A stretch of DNA of 64,000 nucleotides, from positions 10,664,001 through 10,728,000 of the forward strand of contig JAQFVV010000003.1 in assembly GCA_028023455.1 (NCBI GenBank). Direction: 5' to 3'. Shown piece by piece: positions 13,831-26,985 of the stretch. How positions within the stretch are numbered: the stretch's first letter is position 1; each line of letters opens with the position of its first letter. The notes below the pieces were generated by a model. The model was not told where the DNA came from and ran no database searches. It saw only the letters and a list, made by a program, of their open reading frames with translations. The DNA is from Epiperipatus broadwayi (Eukaryota; Animalia; Onychophora). The position numbers and the translations under genes were made by a program.

Positions 13831-15305
13831 TAAGGCTATGCACTTAGATATGACAGTAGGGACCTCTACAAATCTTAACACAAGATTAACAACTTTAAAA
13901 AACAAGAGCAGCCACTCTTATCTTTGACCTATTTTCTAATTATATATGTGAATCTAAAGCATTTTGATTTGAGAGCATGAAGCTATTAACTACTTCATTC
14001 ATTAAATCCACAATTTCTATACAAACTAACATATGAAAAATCTTTCAATTTACAGTGAGTCAGTGTGAAGCTCTTATAATTAGAAATCTTTTAAAACAAT
14101 TTAAAGTTGTAATTAGTAATTTATAAACCACATACTCATTATGTAAGTAATATATATTAAAGCTATAACCTTAAGACTATGTGCCTAGATGTAACAGTAG
14201 GGACCTCTACAAATCTTAACACAAGATTAATGACTTTAAAAGACAAGAGCAGCCACTCTTATTTTCGACCTATTTTCTAATTATATATGTGAATCTAAAG
14301 CATTTTGATTTGAGAATGTGAAGCTAATAGCATGCTCTCAAATCAAATTAGTTTCATGCTCTCAAATCAAAATGCTTTAGATTCACCTATATAATTAGAA
14401 AATAGGTTGAAGATAAGAGTGGCTGCTCTTGTCTTTTAAAGTCATTAACCTTTTTATCATACAAAAATTTGCTTGGTTGAGTGAGTTAAAACTCTAAATT
14501 TTTGATTGGTCAATTACAGAATCAGTAGTAAAAATATATTCATCTTTTAATATTATATTCATTTTAATTTCATTTATATAAAGCAAATTAATAATTTGTC
14601 AGAATATGAAAGTGAACGAAAGTTTTTTCAAAAATAAATTTCTAATTATAATTATAAAAATATTTTATAGCAGATAACCTAAAAAAATGTTTGTAACCTA
14701 TTAGAAAATGTTGTGTACATCATTGATTTTCTTTCTCAATTTACATTCCTGTAAAAGTAAATAATTTTTACTAAAATCTTAACTATTTTTCTAAAATAGT
14801 TTTATTTTCAGCATATTTTATCAAAATAATTTATAATATGTAAAAAAAAAATATTAAAAAAACACTCTAAAATATTCATTTTCATTTGCAAAATCAAAAC
14901 AAAGAAGTTGGAGTGGTGAAAATAATTGACAGGTGCTCTCTTTTGCTCAAAATGAGAACCACCCAATCAGTATCTAGGAAAGTCTGCCTTCTCCCATTGT
15001 TGTAGCTTCAAATTTAAATATTACTGATTTTTTATTTGTAAAATAATTCTAGAGAGGGTAGCATCTTACAGTACTTTTTAAGCTTTAAAATAAGCATAAA
15101 TTCACTACAATAATGTAAAAATTGCCAGTTTTAGAGCAAGTTAAATCCATGTTCCAGTTTACTTGAACCTAACAGTAAAAGAATTAATCTTGTATTAAGA
15201 TTTTTAGAGGTCCCTACTGTCATATCTAGGCATATAGTCTTAAGGTTATAGCCTAAATACATATTACTTATGTAATGAGTATGTGCTTTATAAATTATTA
15301 ATTAT
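13831..15305. repeat. Tandem (about 341-bp period) plus inverted repeat array, right arm interrupted
   Basis: CAGTAGGGACCTCTAC recurs at 13854 and 14195. 14349-14448 and 15184-15305 together are the reverse complement of about 14107-14330. Confidence 0.9.
14449..15183. mobile_element. 735-bp insertion with TTAA target duplication (piggyBac-like non-autonomous element)
   Basis: It splits the inverted arm exactly at a TTAA that is now present on both sides (14445-14448 and 15184-15187). The ends CCTTTTTATC and (reverse complement) TTCTTTTACT resemble decayed CCCTTTTAC-type TIRs. Confidence 0.65.
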
Positions 15306-16739
15306 TATTTATTTTAATACATGTAGTTGATTACTTATCCAAATCTATTCTCATTTTTAGTTTCATTTTCATATATAAAAACAACTTTTTCACATGTTTT
15401 AGTTAAATAAGAATAGTTAGTATGCAAAACATTGTTTTCAATGTCTATTCTGTCTGCAAGATAGAATCAAAAGCTATAATAAAGAGAATTACTAAAAATA
15501 TCAAAGAGTTTGAATTAAGATCTGAAAGACAGCCTTTCAAATCTAAAGGTGGCACTCATTATCATAGCTTGTATTAGTAAATGTATCCAGTACACTCAAA
15601 AAAACTTTTTGATGAAAATTTTTTTATATAGTGTAGAGGTGTAGAGTTCTTGCTTTGACCATCATTAATAATTTATTAAATTGGTATCTGGTATAACATC
15701 TTTGGTTTATCAGTGACTATATAAATTACCCAAGTCCCATCCTTTTACATTTAGCAAATCAACAAAGTGATTTGATGTTACATTTGTATTATTCTTCATT
15801 CTTTCTACCTTAAATTATATATTCAAGGGTGTTTTTTATCAATGTATCCCTTATCTCAACTTCATCATAGCCAAACATCTATTACTACAGAAAATCAGAC
15901 CATCCTTTTTATGCTGCAATTCCAAATAACATTCACTCTTTAGATGAGATTAATAAACATAAAGTCTTGGAATAACTATTTCATCTCTCTTTTTCAATAT
16001 GTAATATCTTTTTTTAGACATACTTAAAAAATACTTCACCACGTAAACCTAAAACATATGAATAAAGATATTTGAAAAAAATAAATGAACTACTACTTAT
16101 CAGTTAACCCCTTTTACATATATTTTCATCAATTGTATAATATTTATAAATACAAAATTGTTAAAATTTAATTTACAAATATCAAACTTACTGCATTCAC
16201 AACTTTGTCACTAACTATCTCAGACAAATATATCAATCATATATTAAATTGGAGATTATTTTTAGCCTTGATATAAGCTTCCAACTTGAGTTAAAAATAA
16301 CATATCATTTATCTCTATACTCATGCTAATAACTGATAGTTTAATTAGATTCTCTATAATATTCTCATATTTCTATTTATTTTTAAAATCTTGTGGAAAG
16401 GTGAACAAACATTGAACTGTACTTATTTTCAAGTTTTTTTTTATTTATTTATTATCAATAGATACCTTATCTTAATTATATTCTATCACAGCCATCCAAA
16501 TTCAGACCACACATTCCCTCTATCACTATGCATACATTTCCAAATCACATTTCAGGTGATATATATCTTTTTAAAATACATTTCAAACTCTTATATCCTC
16601 AGATATTCCTGAAACATATGAATAAAGATGTAAAAAAGACATATGTCAGTCAAGATGCATTGCATGCTAAACCAGCATTTGTCAGTTGGTCTAGATCACA
16701 AAACCATACTTATGTCTTTATCATCTATTCAGTGTATAT

Positions 16740-17060
16740 ATTATTAAGTTGTTACATTATCATTTGCTAGTCTCTAACATTCCGTGCTCACAAATTTTAT
16801 CACTAACTACCTTAGATAAATATATTAATGAGTATTACTAATCATTTATTAAATTAGAGATAATTTTTACATATATTTAGAATACACAATGCAGATCACA
16901 AAATCATGCATGTCTTCCTAATCTACTCAGTATATATCAATATTAAGTTATTACACTTTGATTTATTAGTCTCAAATATTCTGCACCCACATCTTTTATC
17001 ACTATCTTAGATAAATATATTAATGAGTATTACTAATTATTTATTATACTAAAGATCATT
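16740..17060. repeat. Degenerate tandem repeat, about 200-bp period
   Basis: CTTAGATAAATATATTAATGAGTATTACTAAT occurs at about 16810 and 17006; a related segment lies at about 16200. Confidence 0.75.
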
Positions 17061-18099
17061 CTTATATTCACATATATATGTACATATATAATGGCAATCA
17101 AACAACGAGAAGAAATAATAATAGTTTAAAATTTATTAAATATTCTTTGCCAAAAAAATATTTGTTGTCAATAAATCTGCTTTCTAGAAAGACTAGTAAT
17201 ATATTCTTATTAATAGATAGTTTCTTTCCTGTATTAAGAATTATTCTATTCCTGTCATTTTATGAGTCAGGAAAAGAGCAATGACCAGTTATCAGATAAT
17301 TACATAATATTATTAGCACACAAAAAATGTATAAAATGAATGTATGGGTAAAAAAAAATTATTAAAATTATAATAGATATACAGCATAATTTAAAACAAA
17401 ACAGACACTAATTTACCTCATTTATGGCATAATGAATATGTAAATACAAAACACAACTTTTATATAGGTCTCTCTGACAGCAATTTATAGAGAAATAGTA
17501 AAGACATAGTAAAGACTGAGTCATTACATTACAGATTTTCAAGTGCCATGTAAATTCTTACTTTACTCTCAAACTAAGAATATCTATATACCAATTTATG
17601 AACCAATATTGAATAGTTAATTGCTTTAGATAGGCACTGACTACTAGAAAAAGTTTCAAATTCAATAAAACCCAGATGTGAATTCCAAATCAGTGATATC
17701 AACATACACTGAAATTCTTCCTATTGTATGCATATATATATATATTATAACAGTGCAGAGAAGGAGCTTAACGTATCTACACTACAGGGTGCCACTAGGC
17801 ATTTGAACCTAGAAAATTTATATAGAAGGCAGATACGTAAGTTAAAAAAATATATATATTTTTTTATTTTATATTGGTTGATTCAGACCATTAGCCCAAT
17901 GACACTAGCTCATGAAGTAGCAGAAGTTTATACATATTTATTAAAATATACTTCATTTATAAATTCTTGTCTAAGAATATTTTTAAAAAAGAATAAAATA
18001 AGCCACTGCCAGTAATTAACACACAAACATTTATTTACGCACATATATATAAAATTTAGCATAATTATTTTAGTATGTTTACTTTATCATTTAACTACA

Positions 18100-20000
18100 T
18101 TTTTAACTTTTATTTTAACATTTTAATTTACATTTTAATTTTTATAAGTTCGCACAGAGGGGTTTATAAAAGTTTGTTTTATAATGTTGAGTATAGATCG
18201 GTTACATAGATTACACAGTTAAAAACATTTCAAAATAAACATAAACGATCAAAATATAAAATCATTGGTGGAATTGCAGAGGGAAATTTATAAGAAACCC
18301 AATGGCATTCATCATAAGATGCTGCATTGACACCAATAACTTAAAAGACATCCGAATAAATACATTTTAGATACTCACCGTAAGATATCATTATTTACCG
18401 AATGTCTATATATTTTGATCAAATATGAAAACCAAAAACATAATTAACCGATAACGAATCCATGCAAGCATCTATACCCAACTTAAATTTAATACATTTT
18501 TATTTAGAGTGTCGAGTATGAATAGACTACATAGATTTGCATTTGAAAAGAAAATATTCTATCACTTATTTAACCTTAGGCCAAAAGCTCACAGTTAAAC
18601 CGATGTCAATCCATCTGATATATCAATGTATTCAATGTAATACGAAACAACAACACAAAATACCATACTGTCAGGAATGTACATCTGAGCAGCAGGGTTA
18701 AGAGAAGAAATTGACTCTCATCCAGATAGAAATACTACATCTATCTGATGAGAAGAGCAATAAAAAAAACTCCATAGGAAAGGACTGCGGTCATTTTTGC
18801 CGACTTACGATCGCATTCCATAGGCAAAAGGGGTTGTGCGGCGTATAATTCGATTCTGCACATAGCGAACCTTGTACTACATCTACTAATTACACCAATA
18901 TAACCAATCCATTAACCTAATTCAACTATTAAATGAATAACCTAAGATTACCCTCCCATAATAAAACTTTACAAATCTATATAGACATTCACGCCCGACT
19001 TAAATTTAACATTTATATAAGCCATTTAAAAGAAGGAAAAAAAATCAGAATAAAACTTAAAGAACAAACAAAATAAATGGAAATGATTTTACAAAAGAAA
19101 TACACCAAATAAAATTACTTATTAATAAATTAAGTTAGTCAGATAGGATTCTATTTCAATTATTTTGAATACGGAACAAGTTTTAGAATTAAAGTTCTTA
19201 TTGTTTAGTATACTGGAGTTTTAGAAATAGATTTAAAGCTTAGAATTCATAAAGTTCTTACGATTTTAACAAGTCCGTAGTTTCTAATTTCTTGCAGTTG
19301 CTTGCCATTTGGAATCCAGCATTAAATCCCCCGATGATCCTGTGGTCCTCAATATAGAAAAAATGATGTTTCATTTCTTTTCCTTTTTTTTATAGCTACT
19401 GAAGAAATTGAAAGTGCGTCTTTCAATCCCTTCATCTCCAACTCTCCGACTTAACACATCTCAGTCTTCTCTTAAATTTTCTTCACTCACTAACAATTTA
19501 TTTCCAAACTTTTTCTTTTATATATAACTTTCGGATCCAATAGACATTACATCATCGATGATGATGATCCTTCCATTGAAGTCTAATTTCCCGATGGATT
19601 TCTTTCATTAGCTATTAGTTTCTATTGTTTTCCTATCTGACCATTGCTTATACATTTAAATGCCGAAGGGCTAGTTCACGTGGACTAATTAAAATAATCA
19701 TTTCCATTTTTTCAATAACATTAATTAATTTGTTTTGTACAAACTTAGATATATTTTTATTCTTAAATCTTTACTGAAAATTTAGTTTTAAAATACTTTT
19801 TCTTTAATAAAGTTTTCATTTAATAATTTTTTTCATCTGTGCGATTTTATATATATGAGTTTAAAATAAAATTAATTTTCAATTTTTAATTCTTAAAAAA
19901 GAAGTTTTTATTTGCGAACTTTTATTTTTTCATGTTTAATAATAAAAATAATAATGTAATGGCGTATGTGCCTGTTACAATATATATATAATCACTAGAT
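18100..20000. promoter_or_regulatory. CpG-retaining island, putative promoter region
   Basis: Many CpGs, whereas the flanks are nearly CpG-free. Minus-strand donor-like sites with the intron starting at 19261 (GTAAGA), 18808 (GTAAGT) and 18378 (CG|GTGAGT). No gene identified. Confidence 0.4.
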
Positions 20001-20197
20001 GGAATTTTATCAATAGCTCCAAACAAACTTTGTCTACATAAATGCCGAAAGAGATAGAATTCAAAATCTCTATCGTTGCCACCCACCTCCAGACCAGCTG
20101 GTTTTGAGCTTGTTGGCTCATGTCAGTGAAGGGTCTCTTTTGGCATTTATGTAAACAAACCTTGTTAGGAGCTATTGGTAAAGCTCCATCTAATGAT
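19991..20197. mobile_element. MITE with long imperfect terminal inverted repeats
   Basis: ATCACTAGATGGAATTTTATCAATAGCTCCAAACAAACTTTGTCTACATAAATGCCGAAAGAGA matches the reverse complement of the right end over about 65 bp. Confidence 0.8.
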
Positions 20198-20249
20198 CAT
20201 AAAATGCAAGCTTAAAGGCAAGTTATGAAATTTATAACTTGTTTTGATC

Positions 20250-23200
20250 ATCGTATATATATATTATTTAATAAAATTGTCCATAGTTATAAAAATATTT
20301 TAAAATAAGATATTATCTTTTAAATCAGTTTTAGCTCTAAGAAATCAAAATTTCTTTGGTGGATTTTTCTTTTAATTAATTAATTCTTGATATACAAGTT
20401 TTTACTTAAAAGCGTTTCTTTTTTTTGGATTTCTTAGAAAAACATAGATTGGAGGAGGGGTGATTAGAGAGATTTGCAATTAACTCTACTGTTAAAACTC
20501 AAGATACAAAAAGTCTTAGTAATTAAAAATATTGCCAGAGTCTATCTATTGCATTAATTCATCAAGAACTAGTGTCATTAATTAAAACTGCACAAGAATA
20601 AAAGAACAGAAATTGTAAGTCACAAAATGTAGCTAAAAATAAAACACAAAGTATGAATCCTGCTCATGCATAAGTTGTGGAGTTTGCTTTTGTTTAAATC
20701 AGAACTTTTTCTTTACAAGTGTATATATCCATTGCTATGAAAATGTTCTCTGTCTAGAGGATATCAAGGACTTTGTCCCACCAAAAATCATCCTCAGCCA
20801 GAACTGCCTGAGTGATTTCCAACTACAGAAAGGATGAAGCCACCTATATAATTGAGGATATGTTCAGGAACCAGAGAAAGATTCACACCAGCAGTTATGG
20901 ACCAAGATCATACAGAGACCATAGACATTACCCTCTTGGTAAAAGTTTAAACAGCAGAAAACCAGAGTAAATATGAACTATTGTTTAGGTGAACTTTTAT
21001 TCTAATTAGCATGATAGCAACCTAGACTCCATTAACTGGATCAGCTGTATATTAAAAGTTTCAACAGTAAAGTGTGGGATTTTAATAGTGATTACTCATG
21101 TTATTTTAATTGAATTAATAAGGGGAGTCCGGGGTTATCTTACTTAGTTTTATTTATTAAAATTATGTAAAATTTTAATTCATTTTTATCATATTCAATG
21201 TTTGTACAGTTTAATCCCAAAATGGTAACTGCTCAGTCCTGAAAGACAAATGGGGGGTGGGTGGTAATGATCAGTTAAGAATTCCACACATAAACAAACC
21301 CAAAAAAATTATGCTGGAATCAGGAGTATGTAAAGGTATTCTCAATGATTGTAAGCAAACAACTGAAAACTTATGCTGTCCATTGATAAAAAGAATATAA
21401 TTATTTAACATGAATGCAGAGGGTTTAAGTGGTGAACAATACTGCCCACTCTTATTAGTAAGTCACCTTAAAGTTCTCACCTATTTGGACAGGGTTTCCA
21501 TAATAAACTTAGGTCATTGACAGTTATAGGATGTGTGTCACATCTTTCCTTGTTAAAAAAGTATAAAATGTTAATAATTGAACTGTAATTAAAATTCATA
21601 CTTGTATTTTGTCTTAAAATTTGACCAAGTTAGTTGGGAGTGCTATGAAAAGGGAACTGGGAATGTAATTAGTAGTGAAAATGAATATAATAAACATTTA
21701 AAACCATACTTAAGTACCTTTGTTTTTAATTTAATTATCAACATTAAGAGCTATTGTGTCCTCTGGTAAGAATATAAATTATAATTATTAAGTCCACATT
21801 TGCAGACATAGTGATGATTTGTAATGTCATATAGTCCATAGAAAAAAAGTACAAAATGGCTTCTCAACATGTAGGTCTGTTAACATAATAATTAGCATGA
21901 GGAGTGAGTGAAGAATGAGTTAAGAGACATTCAGGTGTTGGCCTGAAAGTGAGATAGTGTTCCAATGGGGGGGGGGTGAGTTTTTGTGATAATTTGAAGA
22001 ATAAGAAAAATGAATGAAGATGAAGGCACTATAGAAAGTCCAGTGGTAACATTTAAATACCCCTAGCATTTTCAGCTAAAGGAAATATTGAAAGCTATTG
22101 CTAATTTAAAAGAGATAATGATCAGAGATTGCAAAGAAATTAAAGAGATGAAAATCATGATTGGAACTTGTTAAGGACATGAAAAAATTAAAAAAGAAGT
22201 AAGAGAGTAAAAGTTGTGAAAGAATATAGAAGAGAAAAAGAAGGGAATGGAAAGAAGAGCCAGTAGAGGAAATAAAAACAAGTCAGAAAAGAAAGACCAT
22301 GGGAATAGCTTTGAATAAAATAAATATGAAGATGAGGCTTGATAAAGAAGAGAAGGCTAATTCAGAAAGGTCTGCATTAGAAAATTTATACAAATCAATG
22401 TTTTCAAGAGAAATGGGGAAGAAAATCTATTTGATTACTTGGATAGCTTGCACAATTTCCTCTACTTTCACAGATCGAGTAAGAGAGAAAAAATTATCAT
22501 AGCTACATACCATTAAAGTGGTCATGCCTGGGAATGGTGCAAGGCAGTAGATTATAGCTTGCAACTGTTCCAGGAATATAAAACAATGATTCTGAGGAAT
22601 TTTTAGAGTAACGAAAAGCAGGAGGCAATTCACATCTGGATATCACAGGAAAAGTATATATTAAACAGCAAAAAAAGCTCTGCCAGTTTTTCCAATGTCA
22701 AGTCACAAACATCAGAGTGCTTGAGATTTACTCTATGGACCAATACCAGATTGTGAGGACAATAGGTATAACCTTCCAGTGGGTTTTCAATGTAAGCATG
22801 CCAAAAACTGGAGGTTATCCGTAAAAAAAATGTTGGAAATGTTGGTAGATATAAATTATAGTGATCCCAAAGAAAGTGAAGCTGACTCTAAAGTTAGATG
22901 GGAGAATTTACAATGAATTCCTGGTTAGTACCAACAGTAACCCTAAGAAAAGAGAAAAAGACTACGGGGTAGTTGGAATGGGTCTTTTTTATTTTTTTAT
23001 TTCTCCCAAAAAAGAAGTAATAGGGTGGTATTTTCTGCAATATTGTATATATATATAAGTGTATATATTTTATTTAATAAAATTGTCTGTTGTTATAAAA
23101 ATATTTTAAAATAAGATATTATTTAAATCAGTTTAAAGTTGTTTTTTATCTCAAAGAAATCAAGATTTCTTCATGGAATTTTCTTTTAATTAATTTGATC

Positions 23201-24658
23201 TTCAGATTATTCCTTTAAAGCTTTTTTTCTATTTCTTGGAAAATGTGGATTGGGGGAAATTAGAGAGATTTGCAAATAACTCAATTGTTGAAACCTGAGA
23301 TTTAAAAAGTATTTGTAATTAAAAAAATCTATTGCCTAATTTATCAAGAACATTTTCATTAATTAAAAGTGCAGCAAGAATAAAGACAGAAATTATAAGT
23401 GACAACATGTAGCTAAAAATAAACCACAAAGTATAAATTTTGTTTGCTGAAAAATGTATAAATTTCAGTTTGCTTTTGTTTAAATATATTCAGAACTTTT
23501 TATTTAAAAATGAATATGTCCATTGCTATAACAATGTTCTCTAGCTAGAGGACATCAAGAACTTCCCTCCAAGGAAAAACCATCTTCCAGCCAAACCTGG
23601 AGCTGCCCAAGTGATTTCCAACTGCAGAAAGGAGGAAGGTAACTAGCTAGTGGAGGATATGTTCAGGAGCCATGAGAAGGATGCATGCCAGCAGTTATGG
23701 ACTAAGATCATACGTGGACAGTATCCTCTTGCTGAAAGTTTAAACAGTTGAAGACCACAGTGAATATGAACTGTTGCTTAGGTAATATTTTAATTAGCAT
23801 GATAGCAACCTATACTCCATTAACTGAGTCAGGCGTACATTAAAAGTTTCAACAATATGGTGTTATCTTACTTAGTTTTATTCATTAATATTATGTATAA
23901 TTTTAATTCATTTTTATTATATTCAATGTTTGTACAGTTTAGAGTCCCAAAATGGTAACTGCTCAATCTTGAAAGACAAACTGGGGTGAAGGAAAATAAA
24001 GATCAGTTAAGAATTCCACACATAAGCAAACACCGAAAACTTATGTGGAATCAAAAGTACATAAAGGTATGCTCAATGGTTGAAAGCAAACTGGAAACTT
24101 ATGCCATCCATTGATAAAAAGAATATAATTATTTAACATGAATGCAGAGGGTTTAAACGGTGCACCATACTGTCCACTCTTATTAGTAAATCACCTTAAT
24201 GTTCTCACCTATTTGGACAGGGTCTCCATAATAAACTTGAGTCATTGACAGTTGTAGGATTTCTGTGTCACATGTTCTCTTGGGAAAAAGTTATAAAATG
24301 TTAATAATTGGACTGTATTAAACTAATGATGAATGGAATTAAATTTACGCTTGTATTTTGTCTTAAAATTTGACCAAGTTAGTCGGGAGTGCTATGAAAA
24401 AAGAACTGGGAATGTAGTTAGTAGTGAAAATGAATATAATAAATATTTAAACCATACTTAAGTGCCTTTATTTTTAATTTAATTATCAACATTAAGAGCT
24501 ATTGCATCCTCTGATAAGAACATAAATTATATTAGTAAAGTTTGCATTAGATAACATTTTAAAAATTATTATGTGACCAAACATAGTGATGATTCGTAGT
24601 GTCACATTTCATATGTATATGTGGGCTTGTGTGATTTAAACATAGTGAAAAAATTGCA
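20250..24658 (+). mobile_element. Non-autonomous gag-only Ty3/Gypsy LTR element with LTRs of about 1.6 kb (old)
   Basis: Direct repeats at about 20250-21853 and 23050-24658 (roughly 80% identical by eye). The 5' LTR ends in GTACA, followed by TGGCTTCTCAACATGTAGG at 21857 (decayed tRNA-Lys-type PBS). A purine tract lies at about 23008-23028. The left boundaries are approximate. Confidence 0.75.
22000..22830 (+). pseudogene. Decayed Gypsy gag (coiled coil plus capsid domain)
   Basis: A frame from about 22425 reads NLFDYLDSLHNFLYFHRSSKREKIIIATYH*SGHAWEWCKAVDYSLQLFQEYKTMILRNF*SNEKQEAI. This fits the retrotransposon-gag pattern (A..LxGxAxxW...FK..FL..F) and follows a K/E-rich coiled-coil-like stretch. 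Confidence 0.7.
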
Positions 24659-26985
24659 GATTTAAGAGTTTAAAATCCAAAAATTACAGATTAACTATAA
24701 CTCTCAGGGTTTGAACAACGTATAATTTCTTGTATTACAATTTGATTATTATATAGTAGATTTGTGCAGTAAATAATTGATCAAAAAGTAGTTTCTTGAA
24801 GTAAAATTCATGGTTCAATCATGACTTAAGGAAAATAAATATAAAAAACTCAATCTGTCCAACTAAAATAAAAACGCATTCTATAACATTTATGAGAATT
24901 CCATCAGGTGTAGCTGAACTGATTTCTAAACCATGATTAGCTTTCTGGATAAACAAAGCAAATGCTCATTATGGAAAGCAAGCCTAATACAACAAGACTA
25001 CCAATGATAAGGAAAAAAATTCAGGACTGTTAAAAAATGAATAGCGATAAGAAGATATGTCCCTAGACTCACAGAGAAGATATATCAGGTCTATAAGAAT
25101 GTAATATCATTTAAAAATTCTTCATATGAATAAATACTTAAAACTACAATTCCACCACATATACTTATAATTTTTTGTTTGAAAACCAGACCCATAGTCT
25201 TTTAAACATCAAATTATTGGTCAACTAATTAATGTCTAGCTATTCTTAGAGAATAAAACAAACAAAACCAGTTAAAATTTTCTCCATTCAGAAGTTAAAT
25301 AATCTTTGAATAAATTCTCTTTATTATTTTATTGGAAAAGTTGTGTAGATATTTATTCTATAAATATCTATTTTGACCAGGAAGATGAGCTCAATTCTCT
25401 TATAGAGCACATTTCAATGTGCAACAGCTTATAGGTTAAAATCAATTTATAGAAAAAATAACACAAAAATAATTTTGAAAAAAAAAAACAACAGAAAATT
25501 ATTAAAAACTCTTGGCTAAAAAAACATATATAATCATTAAAAAAAAAAAAATTAATTGGCATTAGGCGTTCAAAAGAAATGGCCATAAAAAATTAAAAAG
25601 ATTCCAAAAATAGAAAAAGAAGACATTTGAAAATGTAGTAGTTAAATAAATAAAAAGGCAAGCAAGATATATTTAATAATAAAAAAAAATAGGGTATCTC
25701 TCATAGTAACTAAATCTTCACTTTGTATTTGTGTTTATATATATGTAACAATCTCTCCATGATAAACCAGTCTTCTAAAAGGTCAATACACACACACCGG
25801 TCATTTCCTTATCTCTACAGATATATATTTATATCTAATAAGACTGATATTTCAGAATTCTGCTATGTCTTAAAGTATGACTATAGATTTAAAAAACTAA
25901 ATAAATCTTATAACATTCGTAAATATGGACCATCAGGTTTTGTTATAAGCTATTGTATTAAATAAATTCGATTAAAAATTATCGTAGTTCTAATAGTAAA
26001 GTATTATAAATACTATTCTTATAATTTTAACTCTTTAACATTATACACTATTATCATTGATAAGATTAAATAACAAAGGACATCTTGTTGTATTTAATTC
26101 ATACCTTGCAAACTAAATATTAAAATAAAAATGGTATAAGTGTATAAAATGATGAACTACTTTGCTTATGAAGCAGTGTGCTTTTTAAATAATGACAATA
26201 ATTATAAATTTATCTGACCATATTCATTTATAAAATTAGAAGACTGATGAATGACAAAGGCCAAATAATTAACAAATATAATTAATTTATTAACAATAAG
26301 AATAATAATAAAAAATTAAATGAACAAAATAATAATAACCAGTTTTCCACAATGATCATTAATATTCTTATGATGTTTTAATTAAGAAAATGATTTATTA
26401 CTTTATTACTAACTAAATGTGTGGTGTATTTTGAAGGATGTAAAGCAAAACACATGATTGGAGAAAAGTTGTTAAGCACTAATTAAAAGACTTAATTTAT
26501 AAATAATCAATAAGATAAAGAATGTCTTTTATTGCATCTTTAATTAAATAATATGTGCTTCCTCTAGTATACAACTTATAAACTAACTACTTCATAGATG
26601 AGCAAAATATTAACCCGATTTATAATATTCTTCTTAAAGTATAATTTTAAGTAACCTAATCCCAAAAGATACTGAGGTTTAGCAAGTCTACTTTATGATT
26701 AAAATGAAAATATAATGTGTTGGGAGTTTCACACAATTGAACAATAATATTTATACTACTATCAATGCCACAAGTATAATTAAATATCTAATAGAATCTT
26801 TATCAATTCTTGAGGGTATTTATGTGGGTAAATAAAGAGGGTAATATCTATAAAATATCTCAGCTATATGTTAGATACCTTTAATTAGAGAAATATAAGA
26901 TTAAATTAATATACCAATAAAATGTATAAAATGTCAAGTATTATAACTTAATCATAAATAGTTATTAATTACCTTTAAATATTAT

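Noticed and set aside
15128-15146. GTTTTAGAGCAAGTTAAAT, resembling the Cas9 sgRNA scaffold
   Set aside because: Short AT-rich match lacking the tetraloop and 3' hairpins, with no array or cas genes; no CRISPR features in the window.
19300-19350. Minus-strand DHRIIGGFNA, like a serine-protease activation site
   Set aside because: Not followed by PW/PY or the conserved Cys and His motifs.
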